Shown: in pieces, positions 29,659 to 38,375 of the stretch
Position numbering within the stretch: the first letter of the stretch is position 1
Layout: every line of letters begins with the position of its first letter
IMG/VR virus record: IMGVR_UViG_3300029130_000025
From: a virus
Strand: one strand, 5' to 3'
Length of the DNA: 38,375 nucleotides
Position numbers and translations under genes: made by a program
Notes under the pieces: model-generated
Told to the model about the DNA's origin: nothing
The model's input: the letters and a program-made list of their open reading frames with translations, nothing else
Database searches by the model: none

Positions 29659-30217
29659 CTTCCAGACCAGGAGCGCTGAGGAGGGACAGGAGCTGTGGGT
29701 CGAGGGCTATGCGGTAGTGTTTAACCGTGAGACTGTCCTTTTCGAGATGGACGGGAATGAGTACAAGGAGGAGATTTCCCCGGACGCTTTTGCCGATACA
29801 CGCATGGACGATGTGATTTTTAATTACAACCATCAGGGCAAGGTTATGGCGCGGACGCGCAATCATACGCTGACCCTCAGCGTGGATGATAAGGGCCTGT
29901 TTATCCGGGCCAGACTGGACGGCACTCAGGAGGGCCGGGAACTGTATGAGGAGATTCAGGGCGGGTATGTAGACCGCATGAGTTTCCAGTTTACGGTCGC
30001 GGAAGAATCCTATGACCGCGAGGCCCGAAAATGGACCATCAGACGAGTCAAAAGGCTTTATGATGTCTCTGCTGTGAGCATCCCGGCCTATGACGATACA
30101 TCCATCAGCGCAAGACGAGACGCGGCCCTGGAGGCGGACGCTCAGGCGCGGCGCGTGGAGGTGGCGGAAGCTGCCCTTGCCAGAGCGCGGGTGGAAATCA
30201 AACTGAAACTTAGCTAA
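29624..30217 (+). CDS. Prohead protease (HK97 / S78 family)
   Basis: WVEGYAVVFN...FNYNHQGKVMART...LFIRARL...VDRMSFQF...VSAVSIPAY. Confidence 0.85.
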   Translation: MVRPESQTRQFDFQTRSAEEGQELWVEGYAVVFNRETVLFEMDGNEYKEEISPDAFADTRMDDVIFNYNHQGKVMARTRNHTLTLSVDDKGLFIRARLDGTQEGRELYEEIQGGYVDRMSFQFTVAEESYDREARKWTIRRVKRLYDVSAVSIPAYDDTSISARRDAALEADAQARRVEVAEAALARARVEIKLKLS

Positions 30218-30228
30218 AGGAGAAAAAC

Positions 30229-31362
30229 ATGAACGAAAAGAGATTGCTTGAAATCCAGGCCAGAAAGGCCGAGATCCTTTCCGAGTTGCCCGACGCCACC
30301 ACTGAGCGCTGTGCCGAGCTGAATGCAGAGGCGGACGAGCTCATCAAGGAGGAGACCGCCCTCCGGGCGAAGACCAACCTCGCAGACAAGCTGGGCCAGG
30401 TGGTGCCGACCCCGACCAACGCTAACAAGGAGCGGGCGAAGCGGTTTATGGAGTGCCGCCGTGCGCAGTTCCAGACCCGCTCTCTCCTGCTGTCCGGCGG
30501 GAAAATCGCACAGCCCACCGAGGTGAGCGGCATTAACGGCCTGTATGAGACCCAGGTCTCCAGCCTGATCGACCTTATCAAGGTCACCGACTGCACCGGG
30601 ATGGGAACCTACCGGGTGGCTTACCAGAAGGACGGCATTGCCGCCGCTGGCGCTAAGACTGAGGGCACCGCACCCACCGAGGCGGACGTAACCGATATGT
30701 TTGCCTATGTGGATCTGACCCCTACCATGTACGCTACCCTTGCCTATGTGTCTAAGGACATCCGCAGACAGTCCCCTCTAGACTATGAGGGCAAGGTTGT
30801 GGCGGCTGTCCGGGACGCGCTGCGCAAAAAGGCCAGCGAGGTTGCCGTAACCAATATCCTGGCCTCCACCCTGAATCAGTCTCTGGATGTAACTACCATC
30901 GACAAGGACACCCTGGAGAATATTGTCCTAGGCTATGGCGGTGACGAGGGTATCGAAGGAGCTGCCTATCTTTTCCTCAATAAGAAGGATCTGCTTGCCT
31001 TCGGCGAGATCAAGGGCAAAAACGAGTATCTGCCGGTGTATACCATCGTACCAGACACCCTAAACCCAAACACTGGCACTATCAAGGTCAACAACGGCCT
31101 GAGCTGCCGCTATTGCCTCAACAAAAATATCAAGGCTCTGACTGGCACCACCGCCAGCGCCTCGGCAGCTACTAAAACGATGTTTTATGGCAACCCCCAG
31201 ACCGCCGAAATGGCACTGTTTGGCGATACGACCGTGGAGGACAGCGACGGCTACAAGTTTGCCGAGGGCCTCATTACCATCCGGGGCGAGACCAGCGCGG
31301 ACATTGACGTGACCACCTGGCACGGCTTTACCGTGGTCAATCTGCCCAAGACCGGCGGCTAA
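30229..31362 (+). CDS. Major capsid protein (HK97 fold) with an N-terminal delta/scaffold-like coiled coil
   Basis: 377 aa after the protease, with a coiled N-terminal ~100 aa. Size and position fit. Confidence 0.85.
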   Translation: MNEKRLLEIQARKAEILSELPDATTERCAELNAEADELIKEETALRAKTNLADKLGQVVPTPTNANKERAKRFMECRRAQFQTRSLLLSGGKIAQPTEVSGINGLYETQVSSLIDLIKVTDCTGMGTYRVAYQKDGIAAAGAKTEGTAPTEADVTDMFAYVDLTPTMYATLAYVSKDIRRQSPLDYEGKVVAAVRDALRKKASEVAVTNILASTLNQSLDVTTIDKDTLENIVLGYGGDEGIEGAAYLFLNKKDLLAFGEIKGKNEYLPVYTIVPDTLNPNTGTIKVNNGLSCRYCLNKNIKALTGTTASASAATKTMFYGNPQTAEMALFGDTTVEDSDGYKFAEGLITIRGETSADIDVTTWHGFTVVNLPKTGG

Positions 31363-31364
31363 TT

Positions 31365-31658
31365 ATGAGTGCGGGGATGATGGCCGAGATGGTGGCCCGG
31401 TGTAAAAAAAATCTCCGCATATCGCACGAGCTCCTGGACAGCGAGATACAGATGGCGATTAAGGCTGCCTGTCAAGCCATGCAGCGGGCAGGCGTGTCTG
31501 AGGCCTACATCAAGGACCCGGACCCGGTTACGCAGGAGGCCATCATCGCGTATGTGATGTACCGCCATGCCGACGGAGACAACGACGGCTATTTTGCGTC
31601 ATGGCAGTATCAGACGGACTGCATCCGGAGACATCGGGAGGCTGGCAATGCGGAATGA
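31365..31658 (+). CDS. Head-tail connector (gp6-like)
   Basis: 97 aa. KKNLRISHELLDSEIQMAIKAACQAMQRAGV. It lies after the capsid gene. Confidence 0.6.
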   Translation: MSAGMMAEMVARCKKNLRISHELLDSEIQMAIKAACQAMQRAGVSEAYIKDPDPVTQEAIIAYVMYRHADGDNDGYFASWQYQTDCIRRHREAGNAE

Positions 31659-31959
31659 TTTGCTGACGCTGATCCGGGAGACGAGCGCGAATAACGAGTA
31701 CGGCGTACCGATCCGGAGCGACGCAGAAAGGACTACGGTTTTTTGCCGGGTCAAATCTGTGGAGCGGCAAGAGTACTATGAGGCCGGACAGGGCGGGACG
31801 AAACCCGCGCTAAAGTTTATCGTCTGCTCAGACGAATACGACGGCCAGCAGATTGCCGAATATGACGGCAGACGGTATGCCATATACCGGACGTACCAGA
31901 CCGGAGAGACGGTGGAGCTATATGCGGAGGTAAAGATTGGCACGCACAATAGAGGTTAA
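31648..31959 (+). CDS. Head closure / head-tail adaptor protein
   Basis: ATG 31648 (track M28). Product ...TVFCRVKSVERQEYYEAGQGGTKPALKFIV...YAIYRTYQTGETVELYAE. Confidence 0.6.
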   Translation: MRNDLLTLIRETSANNEYGVPIRSDAERTTVFCRVKSVERQEYYEAGQGGTKPALKFIVCSDEYDGQQIAEYDGRRYAIYRTYQTGETVELYAEVKIGTHNRG

Positions 31960-32320
31960 AATCGGCGGCCTGAGTGACGCACTAAACGCCATTTTGGACG
32001 AGTACGGAGACAAAGCAATCTATGCAATCCAGGACGCCGCCGCAAAGGTCGGGAAGGAAACCGCAAAAACATTAAGAAGCACGTCACCAAAAGACACCGG
32101 GGATTATGCCAAAGGATGGATTACAAAGACAGAGACAGAGCGGACACACTCTAGCACAGTGGTGTATAACCGCATCAAGCCGGGGCTGACACATCTGCTG
32201 GAGCATGGGCACGCTAACCACACGGGAGGCCGCACCCCTGCACATGTCCACATTGCGCCAGCCAATGACGAGGCCCAGAAGCGTTTTCTCGGGCTGGTGG
32301 AGGAGGCACTTGAGGGATGA
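31937..32320 (+). CDS. HK97 gp10-family neck/tail-completion protein
   Basis: TTG start after ggagg. Product ...AKTLRSTSPKDTGDYAKGW...YNRIKPGLTHLLEHGH. Confidence 0.65.
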   Translation: MARTIEVKIGGLSDALNAILDEYGDKAIYAIQDAAAKVGKETAKTLRSTSPKDTGDYAKGWITKTETERTHSSTVVYNRIKPGLTHLLEHGHANHTGGRTPAHVHIAPANDEAQKRFLGLVEEALEG

Positions 32321-32658
32321 CCTATCAGGAGATCAACCACATGGTCGGAGATGTGGCTGCCGCTATAGGTGGACGGCACACTTACTACCAATTCCCTGTG
32401 GGGCAAGCCCCAACACCGCCATACGCCATTTTTTACTTTCCCGGTGACAACCCAGTGTATGCCGATGGCAAAAATTATAAAAAAATTGAGACCCTGATTA
32501 TTGAGCTATACCTCCCCAACAAGGACTTCCGCGCGGAACAGCTGGCAGAGGCCGCGATGGCCAAGTATGGCATGAGCTGGGCGAGGTATGAGAGCTACAT
32601 CGACGATGAGCAGATGTATCAGGAGCGCTATGAGATGGAGGTTATGTTAGATGGCTAA
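32317..32658 (+). CDS. Tail terminator / tail-completion protein (by position)
   Basis: 113-aa ORF between the gp10-like gene and the major tail protein, with overlapping starts and stops. Confidence 0.45.
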   Translation: MTYQEINHMVGDVAAAIGGRHTYYQFPVGQAPTPPYAIFYFPGDNPVYADGKNYKKIETLIIELYLPNKDFRAEQLAEAAMAKYGMSWARYESYIDDEQMYQERYEMEVMLDG

Positions 32659-33241
32659 CAAAGTTAAATACAACCTGCGGAACGTCCACTGGGCAAAAGC
32701 CACGATCGGAGAGGACGGCACCGCGACTTATGGAGATGTCAAGGCTTGGCCCGGTGCGGTGTCGCTGTCCCTTGACGCCCAGGGCGACAGCACCCCGTTT
32801 TACGCCGACGGAATCGTATACTTTAACTCTGCTGCAAACAGCGGATATGAGGGCGATTTTGAGAGCGCAATCATCCCCGAGGACTTCCGCGTTGAAATTC
32901 TCGGCGAGGCAAAAGACGGCAAAAACGTAATGATCGAGGACACCGAGGTTAAAACCAACGTCTTTGCCCTCCTCTTTGAGTTTGAGGGCGACGTCAAGGC
33001 GATCCGGCATGTGCTGTATAGATGCACCGCCGCACGGCCATCTGTGTCTGGACAGACCAACGAGGACACAATCGAGCCTCAGACCGAGAGCATGACGATC
33101 ACCGCGACCAGCGTGTATGACGATGCGCTGAAGAAAAACATCGTCAAGGCGCGGACATCTGATGCCACGACCAACGGCACGGACGACACCACCTACAACG
33201 GCTGGTATACCAAGGTCTACCAGCCTACCGCCTCGGCATAA
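32651..33241 (+). CDS. Major tail protein (phi13/TP901-1-like)
   Basis: [58 protein letters not shown] is typical of this family. It lies before the chaperone and TMP. Confidence 0.7.
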   Translation: MANKVKYNLRNVHWAKATIGEDGTATYGDVKAWPGAVSLSLDAQGDSTPFYADGIVYFNSAANSGYEGDFESAIIPEDFRVEILGEAKDGKNVMIEDTEVKTNVFALLFEFEGDVKAIRHVLYRCTAARPSVSGQTNEDTIEPQTESMTITATSVYDDALKKNIVKARTSDATTNGTDDTTYNGWYTKVYQPTASA

Positions 33242-33253
33242 TAGGAGGGCAGT

Positions 33254-33613
33254 ATGCGGGATATTGTTAAAATTGGCGATGTCGCAGTAGATATGCTGGC
33301 CAACGCCGCCACGCCGTACCTGTTCCGCCGGGTATTCCATCTGGACATATTGCGCTTTTTTGCAAAGAGCGCATCGGATGACATGGACGATGCGACGGCT
33401 ACGGAGATGATCACGCGGCTTGGGTACGTCATGGCTCGTCAGGCCGACGGCGTGATTGACGCTGCCGGGGAGGATGACATGATAGACTGGCTGGCCCAGT
33501 TTGCTCCAAACGACATCAGCGCTGCACTCGCGGATGTGATGGCATTGTATAATCGTCAGTCTGTGACCACGTCAACCTCAAAAAAAAAGGCCGGGGGACA
33601 GACCGAGAGATAA
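33254..33613 (+). CDS. Tail assembly chaperone (G-like, zero-frame product)
   Basis: 119-aa acidic protein between the major tail protein and TMP. It ends just after a slippery A-run. Confidence 0.7.
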   Translation: MRDIVKIGDVAVDMLANAATPYLFRRVFHLDILRFFAKSASDDMDDATATEMITRLGYVMARQADGVIDAAGEDDMIDWLAQFAPNDISAALADVMALYNRQSVTTSTSKKKAGGQTER

Positions 33614-33774
33614 ACGCTGCGGTATACCTGCTGCGGGCGCTCCAGATTGGCCTATCTATGGCGGATTTGGAGCGCCTGGAGGTGGGTATGGTGATGGACT
33701 TAATCACGGAAAGCTCAAACGACCGTGAGGACTACACGCCCGTTGCCAACCAGGCGGATTTTGATAGATTTTAG
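33254..33774 (+). CDS. Tail assembly chaperone GT-like fusion via -1 frameshift at 33583..33589
   Basis: The -1 frame stays open from the A-run to TAG at 33772..33774. It encodes ...NAAVYLLRALQIGLSMADLERLEVGMVMDLITESSNDREDYTPVANQADFDRF. Confidence 0.6.
33583..33589 (+). promoter_or_regulatory. A AAA AAG slippery heptamer (programmed -1 ribosomal frameshift site)
   Basis: A run of 9 A residues (33580..33588) followed by G. In the zero frame it reads tca aaa aaa aag. Confidence 0.6.
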
Positions 33775-33785
33775 GAGGGCAAGAG

Positions 33786-36700
33786 ATGGCAAACCGAATA
33801 AAAGGCATTACCGTCGAGATCGACGGCAATACCACAAAACTTACTGACGCCCTCAGAAAAGTCAATACCCAGGTAAGCCGCACATCCACAGCCCTAAAGG
33901 ATGTGGAGCGGCTGTTGAAGCTGGACCCGACCAACACGGAGCTACTGCGGCAGAAACAGCAGCTGCTGGCCGAGAGCATCACCGCGACAAAGGACAAGCT
34001 GGAGGAGCTCCACAAAGCCGAGAAACAGGCCAAGGAGCAGATGGAAAACGGCAAGATGAGCACCGACCAGTATCGGGCCATCCAGCGGGAGATTGTCGAT
34101 ACAGAGCAAAAGCTCAAAAAGCTGGAGGAGCAGGCCACGAGCGCGGCAAAGTCTCTCGGTGATAAGATGCAGGAGGCCGGGGAGAAGGTCAAAAAGGCCG
34201 GGAAGGCAGTAAGCGACGCCGGGGACAAGATTAGCAGCGTCGGCAAGGGCCTGACCAAGAGCCTGACTGTACCACTTGCTGCCGCTGGGACGGCCGCTGT
34301 AAAATTTGCATCGGATTATGAGGAAAACCTGAACAAGGTAGAGGCGTCGTTTAAGGGTAATGCTAGAGAGGTCAAGGAGTGGGCCAAAACGGCAACGGAA
34401 AGCTTTGGCATGTCTGAGAGTGCCGCCCTTGAGGCTACGTCGCTCTTTGGGGACATGGGCACATCTATGGGCCTTACAACCGAAGAGGCGGCGAGCATGT
34501 CTACAAGCCTCGCTGGGCTTGCCGGTGATCTGTCCAGCTTTAAAAATATCGGCATCGACGAGGCAATGACCGCCCTCAAGGGGGTGTTTACCGGGGAGAC
34601 GGAGTCTCTCAAGACCCTCGGCGTGGTCATGACGGAGACCAACCTCAAGCAATTTGCCTCGGACTTCGGTCTCGTGTACGACGGCATGAGCCAGGCGGAA
34701 AAGGTCACGCTCCGCTATAACTACGTTTTGGCAAAGACCAAAAACGCACAAGGCGACTACAAAAACACGGCAGACGGCACGGCAAACTCCATTCGGACTC
34801 TGCAAGCTGAGGCGGCCAACCTCGCCGCCACCTTTGGCCGTGAGATGCTCCCCTCCATCACGCCGCTGATCCAGGGCGCAACGGAGATGGTTAAAAAATT
34901 TGGGAAGCTTGATAGTGCTACCAAGCAAGGAATCATCAAGGCTGGCGCACTTGTGGCAGCCATTGGCCCCGTGACTACAGCCATTGGGGCTGCGACGAGC
35001 GGTGTTGGTAAGCTCGTCAACGTCGCCGGGAGCGGGATTGCGACTGCCGGTAAATTTACAAACGCATTAGCCGGAGGGTCTGGGTTGGCGTCAGCTCTCG
35101 GGGCAGCGCTCGGCCCTGCCGGTGCGGCAGGATTGGCCGTCGCTGGTGCCGCTGCGGCAACAACCGGCGTAATCGCACTTTCAGACGCAATCCACAAGGC
35201 TACTGACCCTGCAATCCAGATCAAAAAGCACATGGAAGCCATGTCGGCTGCGGAGGAAAAAATTGGGCAAGCTGACAACATCATCACACTTGCAAATCGG
35301 TACGATGAGTTGCGGGAGAAACTGCAAGAATCAAGCCTTACGGCAGAGCAGTACGCGGAAATCCAAGACGAGATGTCTGAGGTCCGGTCTGAGCTGGCCG
35401 ATGCAACGGGTGGAGCGGTAACAGCTGAGGGGGAGTACAACTCCGAGCTTGATAAGACCGTCAATACGCAGCGTGAGCTGGCCGAACTCGAGAAGGAGCG
35501 CTCCAATCAGGATTTATATGCAGAGGTAATTGCTGGGGCAAAGGACTACAGGAAATCGCTAGAGGACCAAAAGGATCAGCAAGACCAAATCGAAAAAACG
35601 AAAAAAAGATTGGTGGATGCCGAGAACAGGCTAGAGAGCGCTATGGCAAGCGTCACGGCTGAGACAAAAAAGAATGGGGAGGCAACCGCTAGCAGCAATA
35701 TTGAGCTGGAAGACGCGTCTATTTGTGCCGATGGCACTAGAGATAGCTACAACGACCTTGTTGATGCGCTTGCGGAAATGCAAGCGGAAACGACTGCATA
35801 TGAAAAAAAGGTTATTAGCCTTGTAAACAGCGGTTTCCTCCCAGCTAAGGATGCGGCAACACTGCTTGGGGTGTCAGAGGACGTCCTTGCCAGAAAGATG
35901 ACCGCGTACTGGAATGAGACACACAATGCCGAGACTGGGACAATGGCACTAGCAGAGGACCAGCTTGAGGCGGCAGAGGCGGCGGAGCAACAGGCCAACG
36001 CGGAGGCGGCCGCCACGAAGTCCCTCGCTGATGTCGGGGCGGCGGCGTATGATGCGATTAACGCTGGCGGTGATCTTACGGCGGCATACGAGGACCTGTC
36101 AAAGCAAGCTGAACAGTATACTGACACGGCAAATGCACAGACTGTTGCAGACACGGAGCGAGCGCTTAAAATGCTGGAGGTTGCCGCGACCACTCAGGAG
36201 CTCGGGAAGGCATACGGGGAGATGGGCGTCGAGATTGACGGCACCCTATCTGATATGGCTGCATATCTGGTCGAGACCGGCACCAGCGTTGACGAGTTCG
36301 CCTCCGGCGTCCAGTCCATGCGGGACAGTGTTGTTAATAACTTCCAGAGCATCAAGAATGAAAATGCCCTGACGGCAGACGAGATCGTGTCCAACCTGGA
36401 GTACAACCTCCAGGCACAGCAGCAGTGGAGCCAAAACCTCTCGGACATGTGGGCACAGGCGTACGCAGACCAAAACACCAATGTGATGGCGTACATCAAC
36501 TATCTCGCGCAGATGGGGCCGGAGTATGCGGCAGAGGTCCAGAGCTTTGCCAATGCCGGGTACTCCAAACTGCAAGAGGCCGCTGACATCTGGAGCCAGA
36601 TCGGCGAGCAGTCAACCAGCGACTATGCCGCCGGTATATATATGCAGCAGTATCTGGCCGGAGAGGCCGGTACGGCAATCGGGCAGGAGGCTCTGACTGC

Positions 36701-37802
36701 GGCGGGCAACCAGAGCTATGACGATGTAGGCCAGCAAATCGCCGGTGGCACTGCCAGCGCGATCACGTCACAATCCGGCGTCGTGGCGGCAGCGGGTAAA
36801 GACCTCGGCATGGCGGCCCACTCCGCAGTGGCCAGCATCAGCTGGACTAATCTGGGAGACGCAATCGCAACCGGTATCTCTAACGGCATCACAAGTGGAG
36901 AGGGACAAGTGACCGGGGCCGCCCAGGACCTGGCCACCGCTACCACGTCTGTATGGATGAGCAACGGCGGGAAATTTCAAAATTCGGGGTCTACTGCGGT
37001 CGCCCGCATCCGAGCCGGTATGATGTCTCAGTCCGGCAGCATCCGGCAAGCTGGGCAGACCCTGGCGACGGCGGTCAACACCATTTGGGCAGGACAAGCT
37101 GGACGATTCCAGCAGTCTGGCCGTAATGCCGGGACAAGGATACGAGCAGGGCTGCTGTCTCTGACCGGTGATATACGGGCCGCTGGGCAGACCCTGGCAA
37201 CATCCGTGCAGAGCGCGTGGGAGGCCATGATGGGCACGTTTTACGCCGAGGGCAACAGCGCTGCGGTAAACCTGGCAAACGGCATCTACTCCGGGCGCGG
37301 CACCGTCACCGGAGCGGCAAGCAATGTGATTTATGCTGCCCGTGGCGCTATGCAGATTGGCGGCTGGTACGATCTTGGGTACAACATCTCCGCTGGCGTG
37401 GCCGATGGTGTACGCGGCGGCAGCTACCTTATCACCCAGGCAGCCAATGCGGCGGCACAGAATGCACTGGCGTCAGCAAAGAGAAGTTTGGGCGTACACT
37501 CCCCGTCCAGAGTTTTCCGGGATGAGGTAGGCAAGATGATCTCCGCTGGTATGGCGGAGGGCATCACGGACAACGAGAGCATGGTGTCCAAAGCAATCAG
37601 AGCCCTAAACACCAAGATCACTGGCGGCGTCGGGACCGGGGGCATGGCAGCACTCGGGCCATCTGGGAGCTGTAAAAACACAACCATTGCACCTGTGATT
37701 AACGTGTATGGTGCATCCGGCCAAAATGTCAACGACATCGCGGACGCTGTGGCAGATAGGCTGAGCAGGCTGGTACGGAGGGGGGCGGCGGCACTTGCGT
37801 AA
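33786..37802 (+). CDS. Tail tape measure protein
   Basis: 1338 aa, with a coiled-coil N-terminus, Gly/Ala-rich TM-like core and internal repeats (GSIRQAGQTLATAVNTIWAG / GDIRAAGQTLATSVQSAWEA). Position fits. Confidence 0.9.
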   Translation: MANRIKGITVEIDGNTTKLTDALRKVNTQVSRTSTALKDVERLLKLDPTNTELLRQKQQLLAESITATKDKLEELHKAEKQAKEQMENGKMSTDQYRAIQREIVDTEQKLKKLEEQATSAAKSLGDKMQEAGEKVKKAGKAVSDAGDKISSVGKGLTKSLTVPLAAAGTAAVKFASDYEENLNKVEASFKGNAREVKEWAKTATESFGMSESAALEATSLFGDMGTSMGLTTEEAASMSTSLAGLAGDLSSFKNIGIDEAMTALKGVFTGETESLKTLGVVMTETNLKQFASDFGLVYDGMSQAEKVTLRYNYVLAKTKNAQGDYKNTADGTANSIRTLQAEAANLAATFGREMLPSITPLIQGATEMVKKFGKLDSATKQGIIKAGALVAAIGPVTTAIGAATSGVGKLVNVAGSGIATAGKFTNALAGGSGLASALGAALGPAGAAGLAVAGAAAATTGVIALSDAIHKATDPAIQIKKHMEAMSAAEEKIGQADNIITLANRYDELREKLQESSLTAEQYAEIQDEMSEVRSELADATGGAVTAEGEYNSELDKTVNTQRELAELEKERSNQDLYAEVIAGAKDYRKSLEDQKDQQDQIEKTKKRLVDAENRLESAMASVTAETKKNGEATASSNIELEDASICADGTRDSYNDLVDALAEMQAETTAYEKKVISLVNSGFLPAKDAATLLGVSEDVLARKMTAYWNETHNAETGTMALAEDQLEAAEAAEQQANAEAAATKSLADVGAAAYDAINAGGDLTAAYEDLSKQAEQYTDTANAQTVADTERALKMLEVAATTQELGKAYGEMGVEIDGTLSDMAAYLVETGTSVDEFASGVQSMRDSVVNNFQSIKNENALTADEIVSNLEYNLQAQQQWSQNLSDMWAQAYADQNTNVMAYINYLAQMGPEYAAEVQSFANAGYSKLQEAADIWSQIGEQSTSDYAAGIYMQQYLAGEAGTAIGQEALTAAGNQSYDDVGQQIAGGTASAITSQSGVVAAAGKDLGMAAHSAVASISWTNLGDAIATGISNGITSGEGQVTGAAQDLATATTSVWMSNGGKFQNSGSTAVARIRAGMMSQSGSIRQAGQTLATAVNTIWAGQAGRFQQSGRNAGTRIRAGLLSLTGDIRAAGQTLATSVQSAWEAMMGTFYAEGNSAAVNLANGIYSGRGTVTGAASNVIYAARGAMQIGGWYDLGYNISAGVADGVRGGSYLITQAANAAAQNALASAKRSLGVHSPSRVFRDEVGKMISAGMAEGITDNESMVSKAIRALNTKITGGVGTGGMAALGPSGSCKNTTIAPVINVYGASGQNVNDIADAVADRLSRLVRRGAAALA

Positions 37803-38375
37803 AAAATTTATTTTTGACGGCGTCTCAACGTCGGATTATGGGATCATCATTTCCGGCGACGGAGTTTTCCCGAGGGCGGAGCGAGACGTGTCATATGTCA
37901 ACATCCCTGGCCGGGATGGCGCCTTGATGTATGACAATGGACGATTTCACAACGTTACCGTGTCGTATACCTGCGGGATTGAGCGGGATTTTGCACAAAA
38001 GTTTAGCGCTTTTTGCGCTGCGCTGCCTCCGACTGGGTACCACAGACTTGAGGACACCTACCACCCTGACGAGTATCGGCTGGCGGCTATGGTCGGAGAG
38101 CTGGCCCCGGAAAGGCTTGGCGCAAACTGGGCGGCGGGAGAATTTGAAATAAAATTTGATTGCAAACCACAACGATTTTTAAAATCCGGGGAAATCCCCG
38201 TGGAGTTCACCGTGCCATCCACTCTGCGCAATGTGTGGATGGATGCTTTGCCGCTGGTCACCGTGTACGGGACTGGAGCCGGTACTGTAACGATCGGCGG
38301 GGATACAGTCACGATAAAAGCCATCGACGGAAGCGTGACGTTGGACTGTGACACGCAGAATGCTTACAAGGGAGT
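37795..38375 (+). CDS. Distal tail protein (Dit), 5' part, continuing at 100..223 across the circular junction
   Basis: TTG 37795 overlaps the TMP stop. Product KFIFDGVSTSDYGIIISGDGVFPRAERDVSYVNIPGRDGALMYDNGRFHNVTVSYTC... is typical of siphovirus Dit/tail-component proteins. Confidence 0.7.
   Translation, partial: MRKKFIFDGVSTSDYGIIISGDGVFPRAERDVSYVNIPGRDGALMYDNGRFHNVTVSYTCGIERDFAQKFSAFCAALPPTGYHRLEDTYHPDEYRLAAMVGELAPERLGANWAAGEFEIKFDCKPQRFLKSGEIPVEFTVPSTLRNVWMDALPLVTVYGTGAGTVTIGGDTVTIKAIDGSVTLDCDTQNAYKG
38277..38375. repeat. 99-bp terminal direct repeat (copy 2), circular-assembly overlap
   Basis: Identical to 1..99 and lies inside the Dit coding frame. Confidence 0.9.

Larger units (their letters stand above)
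1..38276. mobile_element. Complete circular unit of a temperate HK97-type siphovirus (lysogeny, recombination/replication, HNH-terminase packaging, head, tail, lysis and accessory modules)
   Basis: All canonical phage modules are present in the usual order. Bases 1..99 equal 38277..38375, and the Dit ORF reads in frame through that junction. Confidence 0.85.

Overview
The window is a complete, circularly closed genome of a temperate HK97-type siphovirus. The unit is 38,276 bp, and bases 1-99 recur exactly at 38277-38375. The host is Gram-positive and probably a spore-forming, S-layer/SLH-bearing Clostridia-like bacterium. I infer this from the SLH domains, the Spo0A-C-like and BclA-C-like genes, the GH25 lysin with cell-wall-binding repeats, and the AGGAGG-type RBSs.

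Layout (+ strand unless stated):
- To 5.9 kb: Dit (reads across the junction), Tal, BppU-like receptor-binding protein, XkdX/XhlA/holin/GH25 endolysin.
- 6.0-7.0 kb: a convergent minus-strand three-gene moron with a perfect consensus promoter.
- 7.1-9.3 kb: a five-gene accessory operon.
- 9.3-9.6 kb: attP carrying the 3' part of tRNA-Ser(GCU).
- 9.6-13.3 kb: the minus-strand lysogeny module, made of a Zn-ribbon tyrosine integrase, an HTH-coiled-coil-TM protein, an SLH-anchored triple-Ltp exclusion protein and a CI-like repressor.
- 13.3-25.7 kb: the divergent switch region and early genes. These include a Xis-like HTH, a Gly-Tyr repeat protein, a receiver-less Spo0A C-domain protein, two DNA methyltransferases, YqaJ exonuclease/RecT/SSB/resolvase/replisome organiser, a RAMP-like protein and a 400-bp degenerate repeat array.
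- 25.9-37.8 kb: HNH, TerS, TerL, portal, protease, capsid, connectors, major tail protein, -1 frameshifted chaperone and tape measure.

I saw no rRNA, no complete tRNA, no CRISPR array and no reverse transcriptase.

The candidates I rate highest for something new:
- the acr-aca-like operon of two extremely acidic small proteins plus an HTH (5967-7002);
- the attP-proximal accessory operon, which encodes Tyr/Gly-rich, Cys-rich membrane and BclA-C/C1q-like proteins;
- the receiver-less Spo0A effector domain;
- the SLH-anchored Ltp;
- the RAMP-like protein next to the repeat array.

All homology statements come from reading the translations and from memory of the families. No database search was run.
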